34,998 nucleotides of DNA. It comes from Rhodospirillaceae bacterium. Its GTDB lineage: Bacteria > Pseudomonadota > Alphaproteobacteria > MPNO01 > UBA830. The notes beneath the pieces are model-generated. The model had not been told where the DNA came from. It worked only from the letters and a program-made list of their open reading frames with translations, and searched no databases. The stretch is taken from contig JAYOMI010000007.1 in NCBI GenBank assembly GCA_038120765.1, forward strand, positions 28,873 through 63,870, read 5' to 3'. Positions 27,070 to 34,998 of the stretch are shown here, piece by piece (within the stretch, counting starts at the first letter, position 1; each line of letters opens with the position of its first letter). Both the position numbers and the translations under genes were made by a program.

Positions 27070-27843
27070 ATGCAGGGAATTTCCATCGTCACGCTGAACA
27101 CCTGGAAGGGGGAGGGCGATTATCCCGCCCGGATGGCGACGACCATCGATCTGCTGGCAGGGCTTGATCCCGATATCGTGCTTTTGCAGGAAGTCTTTGC
27201 CGTGCCGTCGCGCGGGCTTTGTACCGCCGATACCCTGTCCGCCGCTCTCGGACTGCACTGTGCGTTTCATCCTGCGCGGAAGAAAATGCGGCCCTTTGAG
27301 GGCGGGGACGTGCTGTCGCAATCCGGGCTCGCCGTGCTGGCCAGGGCGGAAATTTTGTCGTCGTCGCCCGTCGCACTGCCGGACGATCCGCGCGACGGGG
27401 AGCGAATGGCACAAATTGTGCGGATTGGCGGCGCCGCGCCCGTGACCGTTCTCAACCTGCATCTGACGCATCTGCCGGATGCCGCGGCGCTGCGTCGGCA
27501 GCAACTGATCGCCGCCCTGTCGGCATTGCCGGACGGCATAAACGGGCCGGTCATTGCCGGCGGCGATTTCAACGATGCTGTCGACGATGGCTGGCTCGCC
27601 CCGGTCGCGGCGGCGCTGCCGGGACTGACGATCCGGAATGCCCGGCATGACGTCCCAAATGCGCCCGCCACCCCGACGCTGGTCGATCCGCCGTCCGACG
27701 GCCGGCCGGGCTGTATCGATCATATTCTGACGGTTCGGGCCGCGGAATCCGGGCCCGTCGGGACGCTGGAAACCGGTCACCATGGCGGTCGGGAGGTAAG
27801 CGACCACCGCGCGGTTCGGGCGGTTTTGTCCATCCCCGGCTGA
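27070..27843 (+). CDS. Endonuclease/exonuclease/phosphatase (EEP) family protein
   Basis: TLN.W, LQEV, NLHL, GDFN, IDHI and SDH motifs. Confidence 0.9.
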   Translation: MQGISIVTLNTWKGEGDYPARMATTIDLLAGLDPDIVLLQEVFAVPSRGLCTADTLSAALGLHCAFHPARKKMRPFEGGDVLSQSGLAVLARAEILSSSPVALPDDPRDGERMAQIVRIGGAAPVTVLNLHLTHLPDAAALRRQQLIAALSALPDGINGPVIAGGDFNDAVDDGWLAPVAAALPGLTIRNARHDVPNAPATPTLVDPPSDGRPGCIDHILTVRAAESGPVGTLETGHHGGREVSDHRAVRAVLSIPG

Positions 27844-27959
27844 TGGAGAGCGGATTCCCGTGTTTCATGAGAATTTTCGGCGATAGCCGTGCAATTCATT
27901 CGACGCCGGGGGGCTTCTCGCTGTATTGTCCCGCTTCATTGAATATGTGAGTTGTAGAT

Positions 27960-28172
27960 ATGTTCGGATCCAGCCGCGCCCGACGCCATGAAATTCCTGA
28001 CGGACAGCTTTTCAGAGCGGTCGGCGGGGGCACATGGGAATATATCGGTCCGGCGCCCACGGTCGCGCCCGAACCCCACGCACGTCTCGTGCGTCCGGGC
28101 GATCCGCGCACCATCAAGATCATCTCGATGGATGCCCTGACCGATACCAGCCTGTTCGAAAGGCTTTCCTGA
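27960..28172 (+). CDS. Hypothetical 70-aa protein
   Basis: Best-looking ORF in a gap of about 500 bp. Globular-looking composition (G.LF....GG.WEY...PHARLVR.GDP..IKIIS.DAL.D..LF) and an AT-rich upstream region. Confidence 0.55.
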   Translation: MFGSSRARRHEIPDGQLFRAVGGGTWEYIGPAPTVAPEPHARLVRPGDPRTIKIISMDALTDTSLFERLS

Positions 28173-28339
28173 GGCCACCCGTTCCCGACGGCTCTCTGCC
28201 CGCCCCATTCCTGCCACATTATCCCCCTATACCTTTTCACCGGCGCCCGAATCACGCGGAAATGTGGGGGTTCAGGGTCGCATTTGCACCAGATATGGTG
28301 TAATTTCGCGGCACTTTACGGGCATCTTACGGAGCGATC

Positions 28340-29086
28340 ATGGCGGGCCATTCCAAATTCAAGAATATCCAGTTCAGAAAAGGGGCGCAGGACGCGAAGC
28401 GCGCCAAGGTTTTTACCAAGCTGATCCGTGAACTGACAGTGGCGGCAAAAAGCGGCGATGACCCGGATGCGAATCCGCGTCTGCGCGCCGCGATCGCCGC
28501 GTCCAAAACCGCCAACATGGCGAAAGACACCATGGAACGCGCCATCGCGCGCGGCGCCGGCAACGAGGAAACCGAGCAGTACGAGGAAATCCGCTACGAA
28601 GGCTATGGTCCGAAAGGGGTCGCGGTGATCGTCGAGGCGCTGACCGACAACCGCAACCGGACCGCCAGCGACGTGCGCGCCGCCTTTACCAAGCATGGCG
28701 GCAACCTCGGAGAGACCGGCAGCGTCAATTTTATGTTCGATCAGGTCGGCCAGATACTCTATCCGGCCGATATCGCGTCCGCCGATGAAGTTTTCGAAGC
28801 GGCTCTCGAGGCAGGCGCGCAGGACGTTCAGTCCAGCGAGGACGGTCATGAGATCATTTGCGCGGTCACCGATTTCAACGAGGTGCGCGACGGACTGGAA
28901 GCGAAGTTCGGCGCCGCCGAATCCGCGGCTTTGTCCTGGAAACCGCAGAACACGATCGAACTCGATGCCGACAGCGCGGGCACGATGCTCAAGCTGATCG
29001 ATGCGCTCGAAGACAATGACGACGTGCAGAACGTGTCCTCCAACTTCGAGATCGACGACGACGCTCTCGCAAAACTCGCCGGCTGA
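28340..29086 (+). CDS. yebC: YebC/PmpR family protein
   Basis: [31 protein letters not shown] and [10 protein letters not shown] motifs. Confidence 0.97.
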   Translation: MAGHSKFKNIQFRKGAQDAKRAKVFTKLIRELTVAAKSGDDPDANPRLRAAIAASKTANMAKDTMERAIARGAGNEETEQYEEIRYEGYGPKGVAVIVEALTDNRNRTASDVRAAFTKHGGNLGETGSVNFMFDQVGQILYPADIASADEVFEAALEAGAQDVQSSEDGHEIICAVTDFNEVRDGLEAKFGAAESAALSWKPQNTIELDADSAGTMLKLIDALEDNDDVQNVSSNFEIDDDALAKLAG

Positions 29087-29100
29087 GGGAAATTCGCGGG

Positions 29101-29613
29101 ATGCGTATCAGGTTGATTGGTCTCGATCCCGGTTTGCGCCGCTCAGGCTGGGGCGTCATCGAGGTCGAGGGGAATAGCCTGGTTCACGTCGCGAGCGGCG
29201 CCGTTACCTCCGATGCCAAGGCACCCCTCGCAGATCGTCTGTCGCAGCTGTTCACGGCGCTGACCGACGTGATTGCGACCTACGAGCCGGCAGAAGCCGC
29301 CGTCGAGGAAACTTTCGTGAACAAGAATCCGGCCTCGACGCTGAAGCTCGGTCAGGCGCGCGGCGTGGTTATGCTGGCGCCGGCGCAGCGCGGCCTGCCG
29401 GTCGCCGAATATGCCGCCAACCTGATCAAGAAATCGCTTGTCGGCACGGGCCATGCCGACAAGAACCAGGTGCAGGCCATGATCAATATCCTGCTGCCGG
29501 GCGCCAGGCCCGGAACGCCGGATGCGGCGGACGCGCTTGCCGTCGCCATTTGTCATGCCCATCACCGGCGCGTGCATCCTCTCGGCCAATCCGCGTTGAG
29601 GCAGTCCGCATGA
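29101..29613 (+). CDS. ruvC: Holliday junction resolvase
   Basis: [21 protein letters not shown] and [12 protein letters not shown] motifs. Confidence 0.97.
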   Translation: MRIRLIGLDPGLRRSGWGVIEVEGNSLVHVASGAVTSDAKAPLADRLSQLFTALTDVIATYEPAEAAVEETFVNKNPASTLKLGQARGVVMLAPAQRGLPVAEYAANLIKKSLVGTGHADKNQVQAMINILLPGARPGTPDAADALAVAICHAHHRRVHPLGQSALRQSA

Positions 29614-30221
29614 TCGCCAAGCTGACCGGCATTCTCGATTCCATCGGCGACGACTGGGCAGTGATCGATGTGGGCGGCGTCGGCTATCTGGTGTTCTGTT
29701 CGACGCGCACCCTGGCGCAGCTGCCCGGCACCGGCGAGGCCGTCTCCTTCGTGATCGAAACCCATATCCGCGAAGACCATATCCATCTCTACGGATTCCT
29801 CGACCAGGCCGAGCGCGAATGGTTCAGGCTGCTGACGACCGTACAGGGCGTCGGCGCAAGGGTCGGGCTCGGCATCCAGTCGGTGCTCGGGCCGAAGGAA
29901 CTGACCGATGCGATCCTGTCCCAGGAGAAGGGCATGATCACCCGCGCCCCCGGGGTCGGCCCGAAGCTCGCCACACGGCTGCTGACGGAACTGAAAGACA
30001 AGGTCGGGGGGATTGCGTCCGCCGCGCCCGCGATGGCCGGCGCCGTTACCGCCAACGATGCGGACCGCGCCGCAATGGAAGATGCTGTCTCCGCGCTTGT
30101 CAATCTCGGTTATCGTCGGGGAGATGCTTTCGGCGCTGTGAACGGCGCGATGCGCAGTATCGGCGAAAATGCCGGTGTTGAAGATCTGATCCGCGCCGGA
30201 CTCAAGGAACTGACGGCATGA
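29610..30221 (+). CDS. ruvA: Holliday junction branch migration protein
   Basis: MIAKLTG, DVGGVGY, RED...LYGF, GVGPKLA and ALVNLGY motifs; ATGA overlap with ruvC. Confidence 0.97.
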   Translation: MIAKLTGILDSIGDDWAVIDVGGVGYLVFCSTRTLAQLPGTGEAVSFVIETHIREDHIHLYGFLDQAEREWFRLLTTVQGVGARVGLGIQSVLGPKELTDAILSQEKGMITRAPGVGPKLATRLLTELKDKVGGIASAAPAMAGAVTANDADRAAMEDAVSALVNLGYRRGDAFGAVNGAMRSIGENAGVEDLIRAGLKELTA

Positions 30222-31264
30222 CCGACCCAAGACCCATCGCGCCGGCCTATGGCGAAGACGATCTCGGCGAAGGCCATGTCCGCCCGCAGCAGCTCGACGA
30301 CTTTGTCGGGCAGCCCGCTTTGCGCCAGAACCTGCGCGTGTTCGTCGAGGCCGCGCGCGGCCGCGCCGAGGCGATGGATCATGTGCTGTTTCACGGCCCG
30401 CCCGGTCTCGGCAAAACCACGCTGGCGCAGATCGTCGCCCGCGAACTCGGTGTCGGCTTCCGGGCGACGTCCGGGCCGGTGATCGCGAAATCGGGCGACC
30501 TTGCCGCGATCCTGACCAATCTTGAACCGCGGGACGTTCTGTTCATCGACGAGATACACCGGCTCAATCCGGCGGTGGAGGAAATCCTCTATCCGGCGAT
30601 GGAAGACGGGAAGCTCGATCTGATCATCGGCGAGGGTCCGTCGGCGCGCTCCGTGCAGATCGAACTGTCGCCATTCACACTGGTCGGCGCGACCACGCGT
30701 TCGGGCCTTCTGACGACGCCGCTGCGCGAACGGTTCGGCATTCCCCTGCGGCTTGAATTTTACAATATCGACGATCTGGTCAAGATCGTCCGGCGCTGCG
30801 CCGGTGTTCTCGGCGTTGCCGTCACCGCCGACGGGGCGACCGAGGTTGCAGCCCGTTCGCGCGGCACGCCGCGCGTCGCCGTGCGGCTACTGCGCCGGGT
30901 CCGCGATTTCGCCGGCGTTGCGGGCGCGGACGCGATAGATGCGAAGCTCGCCGACCACGCGCTCGGCCAGCTCGAAGTCGACAAGATCGGTCTCGATTCC
31001 ATGGATCGCCGCTATCTTCTGTGCATTGCCGACAACTACGCCGGCGGACCGGTCGGGGTCGATACGCTCGCCGCGGCGTTGTCCGAACAGCGCGATGCGA
31101 TCGAGGACGTGATCGAGCCGTTCCTGCTCCAGTCCGGCCTGCTGCAGCGCACGCCGCGCGGCCGGATGCTGACGCTCAACGCCTATCGTCATCTCGGCGT
31201 AGCGGCCCCGAAGGGGCACGATTCTCAGATGGACCTGCTGTCCCGGGATGGCGGCGATGAGTGA
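30218..31264 (+). CDS. ruvB: Holliday junction branch migration helicase
   Basis: [31 protein letters not shown] and RTPRGR motifs. Confidence 0.98.
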   Translation: MTDPRPIAPAYGEDDLGEGHVRPQQLDDFVGQPALRQNLRVFVEAARGRAEAMDHVLFHGPPGLGKTTLAQIVARELGVGFRATSGPVIAKSGDLAAILTNLEPRDVLFIDEIHRLNPAVEEILYPAMEDGKLDLIIGEGPSARSVQIELSPFTLVGATTRSGLLTTPLRERFGIPLRLEFYNIDDLVKIVRRCAGVLGVAVTADGATEVAARSRGTPRVAVRLLRRVRDFAGVAGADAIDAKLADHALGQLEVDKIGLDSMDRRYLLCIADNYAGGPVGVDTLAAALSEQRDAIEDVIEPFLLQSGLLQRTPRGRMLTLNAYRHLGVAAPKGHDSQMDLLSRDGGDE

Positions 31265-31685
31265 CATCAGCGTCGAGCACGTGTTCCCGATCCGGGTCTA
31301 TTACGAGGACACCGATGCGGGCGGCGTGGTCTATCACAGCAACTATCTTCGCTTCGCCGAACGGGCGCGGACCGAACTGCTGCGCGATTTCGGCATCGAC
31401 CATCAGAGCCTGCTGGCGGATTACGGGCTGGTTTTCGCCGTCCGCCGATGCGAAGCCGAATATGTCCGTCCGGCGCATCTCGACAACGCGCTCGAGGTGC
31501 GCACCCGCTGCATCAGATCGGCGGCTGCGAGTTTCTGGCTCGAACAGCTGGTAGAGCGCAGCGGCGAGACCCTCGTCGAAATGAAGATACGGCTGGTCTG
31601 TCTGAAACCGGACGGCCGTCCGGCGCGTATTCCGGAAAACCTGCGCCTCGCGCTGGATCGCGCCGCCGCCCAAACGAAACATTAG
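31257..31685 (+). CDS. ybgC: Tol-Pal-associated acyl-CoA thioesterase
   Basis: [27 protein letters not shown] motif. Confidence 0.95.
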   Translation: MSDISVEHVFPIRVYYEDTDAGGVVYHSNYLRFAERARTELLRDFGIDHQSLLADYGLVFAVRRCEAEYVRPAHLDNALEVRTRCIRSAAASFWLEQLVERSGETLVEMKIRLVCLKPDGRPARIPENLRLALDRAAAQTKH

Positions 31686-31703
31686 GAAACGAACGGAAGC
31701 TCC

Positions 31704-32429
31704 ATGGAAACAACCGCCGTCCAGTCCGCCGCCCTCGCAGGGTCGGTCGTCCACGATATGTCGATCTGGGGCCTGTTCCTGCAGGCGGATTTCATCGTCA
31801 AGGCAGTGATGATCGGGCTTGTCCTCGCCTCTTTCTGGTGCTGGGCGATTATTTTCGAGAAGATAATGCGGATGCGCCGCCTGCGCCGCCAGGCGAGCCA
31901 GTTCGAGGAAAGCTTCTGGTCCGGCGGGTCGCTGGACGATCTGTTCGATCGTATCGGATCGCGTCCGGTCGATCCGATGTCGGCCGTGTTTTCGTCCGCG
32001 ATGCGCGAATGGCGCCGGTCGACGTCACGGGGAGGCAAAGACAGCGATCAGCATCACAGCCTGTCGGAGCGCATCGATCGCGTCATGCAGATCACGCTCA
32101 ACCGGGAGCTCGAACAGCTTGAACGCTACATGACGTTTCTGGCCTCCGTCGGTTCGACCGCGCCGTTCATCGGCCTGTTCGGCACCGTCTGGGGGATCAT
32201 GAACAGCTTCGCGGCCATCGCGGTCAGCAAGAACACGTCGCTCGCCGTCGTGGCCCCCGGTATCGCCGAGGCGCTCTTTGCGACCGCGCTCGGCCTGGTC
32301 GCCGCGATCCCGGCGGTCGTCGCCTATAACAAGCTGTCGACCGACCTGAACCGGTATGCAGGGCGGCTCGAAGCGTTCGCCGGCGAATTCGGTACCATCC
32401 TGTCGCGTCAGAGCGAGGACGAGGATTAG
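31704..32429 (+). CDS. tolQ: Tol-Pal system protein TolQ
   Basis: APFIGLFGTVWGIMNSF and VAPGIAEALFATALGL motifs. Confidence 0.97.
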   Translation: METTAVQSAALAGSVVHDMSIWGLFLQADFIVKAVMIGLVLASFWCWAIIFEKIMRMRRLRRQASQFEESFWSGGSLDDLFDRIGSRPVDPMSAVFSSAMREWRRSTSRGGKDSDQHHSLSERIDRVMQITLNRELEQLERYMTFLASVGSTAPFIGLFGTVWGIMNSFAAIAVSKNTSLAVVAPGIAEALFATALGLVAAIPAVVAYNKLSTDLNRYAGRLEAFAGEFGTILSRQSEDED

Positions 32430-32432
32430 CCC

Positions 32433-32897
32433 ATGGCGATGATGTCCGGAAACGGCGGCCGCCGCGGCAGGCGGGGAGGACGGGGCGGATACGTGCCGAT
32501 GTCCGAAATCAACGTGACGCCGATGGTCGATGTCATGCTGGTGCTGCTCGTGGTCTTCATGGTCTCGGCGCCGCTGATGACCGTTGGCGTGCCGGTCGAC
32601 CTGCCGAAAACGGAAGCATCCCAGATGGTGGGGCAGGACGAGCCGCTGGTGGTCAGCGTCAATGCGAAGGGCGAGGTCTTCCTGCAGGAGACCAAAATCA
32701 CCCTCGAACAGCTCGTACCGCGGCTGGTGGCGATTACGCAGAACAAGAAAGACACGCGCATTTTCGTGCGCGGCGACAAGGCCATCGCCTATGGGCAGGT
32801 GATGGAGGTTATGGGGACCGTGAATCTGGCGGGCTTTTCCCGCGTGGCGTTGCTGACCCAATTACCGACGGGGAACGGCGCCGGAGGGGCACAGTGA
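32433..32897 (+). CDS. tolR: Tol-Pal system protein TolR
   Basis: SEINVTPMVDVMLVLL and RGDK...YG.V motifs. Confidence 0.96.
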   Translation: MAMMSGNGGRRGRRGGRGGYVPMSEINVTPMVDVMLVLLVVFMVSAPLMTVGVPVDLPKTEASQMVGQDEPLVVSVNAKGEVFLQETKITLEQLVPRLVAITQNKKDTRIFVRGDKAIAYGQVMEVMGTVNLAGFSRVALLTQLPTGNGAGGAQ

Positions 32898-32900
32898 ACC

Positions 32901-33866
32901 ATGCGCTACGGTGCCATATTTTCCGGACTGCTCCATGTCGGCATACTGATCGCCGTGATTGTCGGCCTGCCCGGTATGCTGCGGTCAGACCGCCAGGTGG
33001 TGGTGCCGGTTTCGGTCGAGATCGTGTCGGTCGAGGATCTGTCGAAACCGCCCGAGAAAAAGACGCCGCCCAGGCCGGCAGCGAAAAAGCCGCCGGCCGA
33101 AAAACCCGAGCCGCCGAAGACGGCGGAAAAGCCCCCGCCGCCGCCCACACCGCGTCCCACCCCGCCGCCTGCGCCGAAGGTGGCCGAGGCGAAACCGGAG
33201 CCCGCGCCGCCGAAACCCGAGGCGAAACCCGAGGCGAAACCCGAGGTAAAACCCGAACCGGTGCCCAAGCCCGAGGCGAAACCGGAAGCCCCGCCTGTGC
33301 CGAAGCCAAAGGCCAAGCCGGCGCCGCCGAAAGAGCCCGAAACCCGGGTAGCGGCAAAAATGCCCCCGGCGCCGACGCCCAGGCGCAAGCCCGAACCGCC
33401 GAAGCCGAAGCCGGACGAATTCCAGTCCCTGCTGAAGAACCTCGACCTTCAGAAGCGGGCGGCCGAAAAGGCAAAGGCCGAAGCGCCGGCCAGGGTCGCA
33501 AAACAGGTGGAGGAGGCGCCCAAACGCTCCGCCCTCGAGGACCGGAGAATAGCGGCGGGCCTCGCACAGGCGATCAACCAGCAGATCACGCCCTGCTGGA
33601 AGATCCAGGCCGGGGCGAAGGATGCCGCCAATATGAGCGTGGCGGTCAATATACGGCTCAACCCGGACGGATCGCTGGGCGGCGTTCCCAGGATCGAGGA
33701 CACCGCGCGGCTCGGACGCGATCCGTTTTTCCGCGCTGTCGCCGAGAGTGCGCTACGGGCCCTGCGGGATCCGGCCTGTATGCCGCTCCGGCTGCCATAC
33801 GAGAATTACGATTTATGGAAAGCTATCATCTTCACGTTTGATCCCAAGGAAGCGCTTGGACAATGA
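32901..33866 (+). CDS. tolA: TolA (cell envelope integrity protein)
   Basis: N-terminal TM with SxxxH (SGLLH), a Pro/Lys-rich linker, and a C-terminal CW...AESALRA...C.PL...Y..W...FDP domain. Confidence 0.9.
   Translation: MRYGAIFSGLLHVGILIAVIVGLPGMLRSDRQVVVPVSVEIVSVEDLSKPPEKKTPPRPAAKKPPAEKPEPPKTAEKPPPPPTPRPTPPPAPKVAEAKPEPAPPKPEAKPEAKPEVKPEPVPKPEAKPEAPPVPKPKAKPAPPKEPETRVAAKMPPAPTPRRKPEPPKPKPDEFQSLLKNLDLQKRAAEKAKAEAPARVAKQVEEAPKRSALEDRRIAAGLAQAINQQITPCWKIQAGAKDAANMSVAVNIRLNPDGSLGGVPRIEDTARLGRDPFFRAVAESALRALRDPACMPLRLPYENYDLWKAIIFTFDPKEALGQ
33211..33258 (+). repeat. In-frame 12-bp tandem repeat in tolA (KPE[A/V/P])
   Basis: CGAAACCCGAGG x3 followed by a degenerate TAAAACCCGAAC. Confidence 0.8.
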
Positions 33867-34990
33867 AAAAACTTTTGAGCATTGCGGCATTTGCCCGGCC
33901 GTCCCGACTGGCCAGACTGTCCACCCTCACCTTGATCGTCTTTGCTGCCGCCGCGGCGGCGCCCGTGCAGGCGCAGCTTCGCGTCGATATCACGCGCGGC
34001 ACGGTCGAACCCATGCCGATCGCCATTCCGGAATTTTTCGGCGCGACCCCGCAGGAAATAGAGACCGGCCTCAACATGGCCAATCTTATCTCGGCGGATC
34101 TCGAACGGTCCGGGCTGTTCAAGCCGATCGACCGCCGCGCCTTTATCCAGAAAGTCTCGGCGCTACGGGGCGTGCAGCCGCGGTTCGGCGACTGGCGCCA
34201 GATCAACGCGCAGGCGCTGGTCACGGGCAGCGCGCAGGCCCAGGGCGACGGCCGGCTGAAGGTCGAATTCCGCCTGTGGGACGTCTTCGGCGAAGTGCAG
34301 ATGACGGGCCTTGCCTATTTTACAGCGCCCGACAACTGGCGCCGTGTGGCGCATATCATCGCCGACGAGATTTACAAGCGGATCACCGGCGAAAGCGGCT
34401 ATTTCGATACCCGCGTGGTCTATATTTCCGAGCAGGGACCGCCGAACCGGCGGATCAAACGTCTCGCCATCATGGACCAGGACGGGGCCAATCACCGCTT
34501 CCTGACCGACGGACGGGCGCTGGTGCTGACCCCCCGGTTTTCGCCGACCGCACAGGAAATCACCTACTTGTCCTACGGCACGGGACAGCCGCGGGTCTAT
34601 CTGTACAATATCGATACCGGCCAGCAGGAAGTCATCGGTAACTTTCCCAGCATGACCTTCGCGCCGAGGTTTTCGCCCGATGGCAACCAGGTCGTCATGA
34701 GCATGGCGCAGGACGGCAATTCGGAAATCTACTCGATGGATTTGCGCACCCGTCAGGTTGCCCGTCTGACACGCCATCCGTCGATCGATACCTCTCCGTC
34801 CTATGCGCCGGACGGGCGCAGGATCGTTTTCACATCCGACCGGGGCGGGGCGCAGCAGATCTACGTGATGGACGCCAATGGCGGCGGGGTGAAACGGATC
34901 AGTTTCGGGCGCGGGGAGTATTCCACCCCCGTGTGGGGGGCGCGCCGCGGCCCCCTAGCCGAGACTACGAGCAAACACCGCCCCAATTAA
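33863..34990 (+). CDS. tolB: TolB beta-propeller protein, C-terminally truncated or garbled at the window end
   Basis: [38 protein letters not shown] and repeated PRFSP/PSYAP/PVW blades; homology is lost after about 34935. Confidence 0.93.
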   Translation: MKKLLSIAAFARPSRLARLSTLTLIVFAAAAAAPVQAQLRVDITRGTVEPMPIAIPEFFGATPQEIETGLNMANLISADLERSGLFKPIDRRAFIQKVSALRGVQPRFGDWRQINAQALVTGSAQAQGDGRLKVEFRLWDVFGEVQMTGLAYFTAPDNWRRVAHIIADEIYKRITGESGYFDTRVVYISEQGPPNRRIKRLAIMDQDGANHRFLTDGRALVLTPRFSPTAQEITYLSYGTGQPRVYLYNIDTGQQEVIGNFPSMTFAPRFSPDGNQVVMSMAQDGNSEIYSMDLRTRQVARLTRHPSIDTSPSYAPDGRRIVFTSDRGGAQQIYVMDANGGGVKRISFGRGEYSTPVWGARRGPLAETTSKHRPN

Positions 34991-34998
34991 AAAGACGG

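Noticed and set aside
518-34777. Many long antisense or alternate-frame ORFs (e.g. 12887-14059, 21677-23038, 9962-10906, 32894-33841)
   Set aside because: Shadow ORFs of well-supported genes in high-GC DNA; Arg/Gly/Pro-rich with no recognisable motifs.
1-34998. CRISPR arrays, IS elements, integrases, tRNA/rRNA genes
   Set aside because: No spaced direct repeats, transposase or integrase motifs, or tRNA/rRNA signatures were seen.

Overview
GC-rich alphaproteobacterial (Rhodospirillales-like) core-genome window with about 46 CDSs and no mobile element, prophage or CRISPR array. From left to right: the 5' part of a group I truncated hemoglobin (missed by the ORF track); divergent biotin genes (bioA-bioB <> bioF-bioD); a SAM methyltransferase; rpsU <> def-COQ9; purK-purE; a GGDEF cyclase; two DUF465/YdcH microproteins around pfkA and a TIGR02444 gene; trcR (DUF1013); a quinone oxidoreductase; DUF1192; rcdA; rpmE; a non-flagellar MotA/MotB-like pair with a Pro-rich OmpA-like partner; suhB-efp-epmB <> epmA; thiE-fbaB <> zauP-like/zapA-6S RNA-ygfA-ymdB; an inserted EEP phosphatase and a 70-aa orphan; and yebC-ruvCAB-ybgC-tolQRAB, with tolB degrading at the window end. 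The most interesting signals are: (1) a three-hairpin anti-Shine-Dalgarno sRNA candidate directly behind a perfect CtrA box upstream of rcdA; (2) the uncharacterised MotAB-like motor plus Pro-rich OmpA module downstream of the EF-P genes; (3) a thiE gene whose only plausible start codon is ATT. All calls come from motif recognition by eye; no database searches were run.
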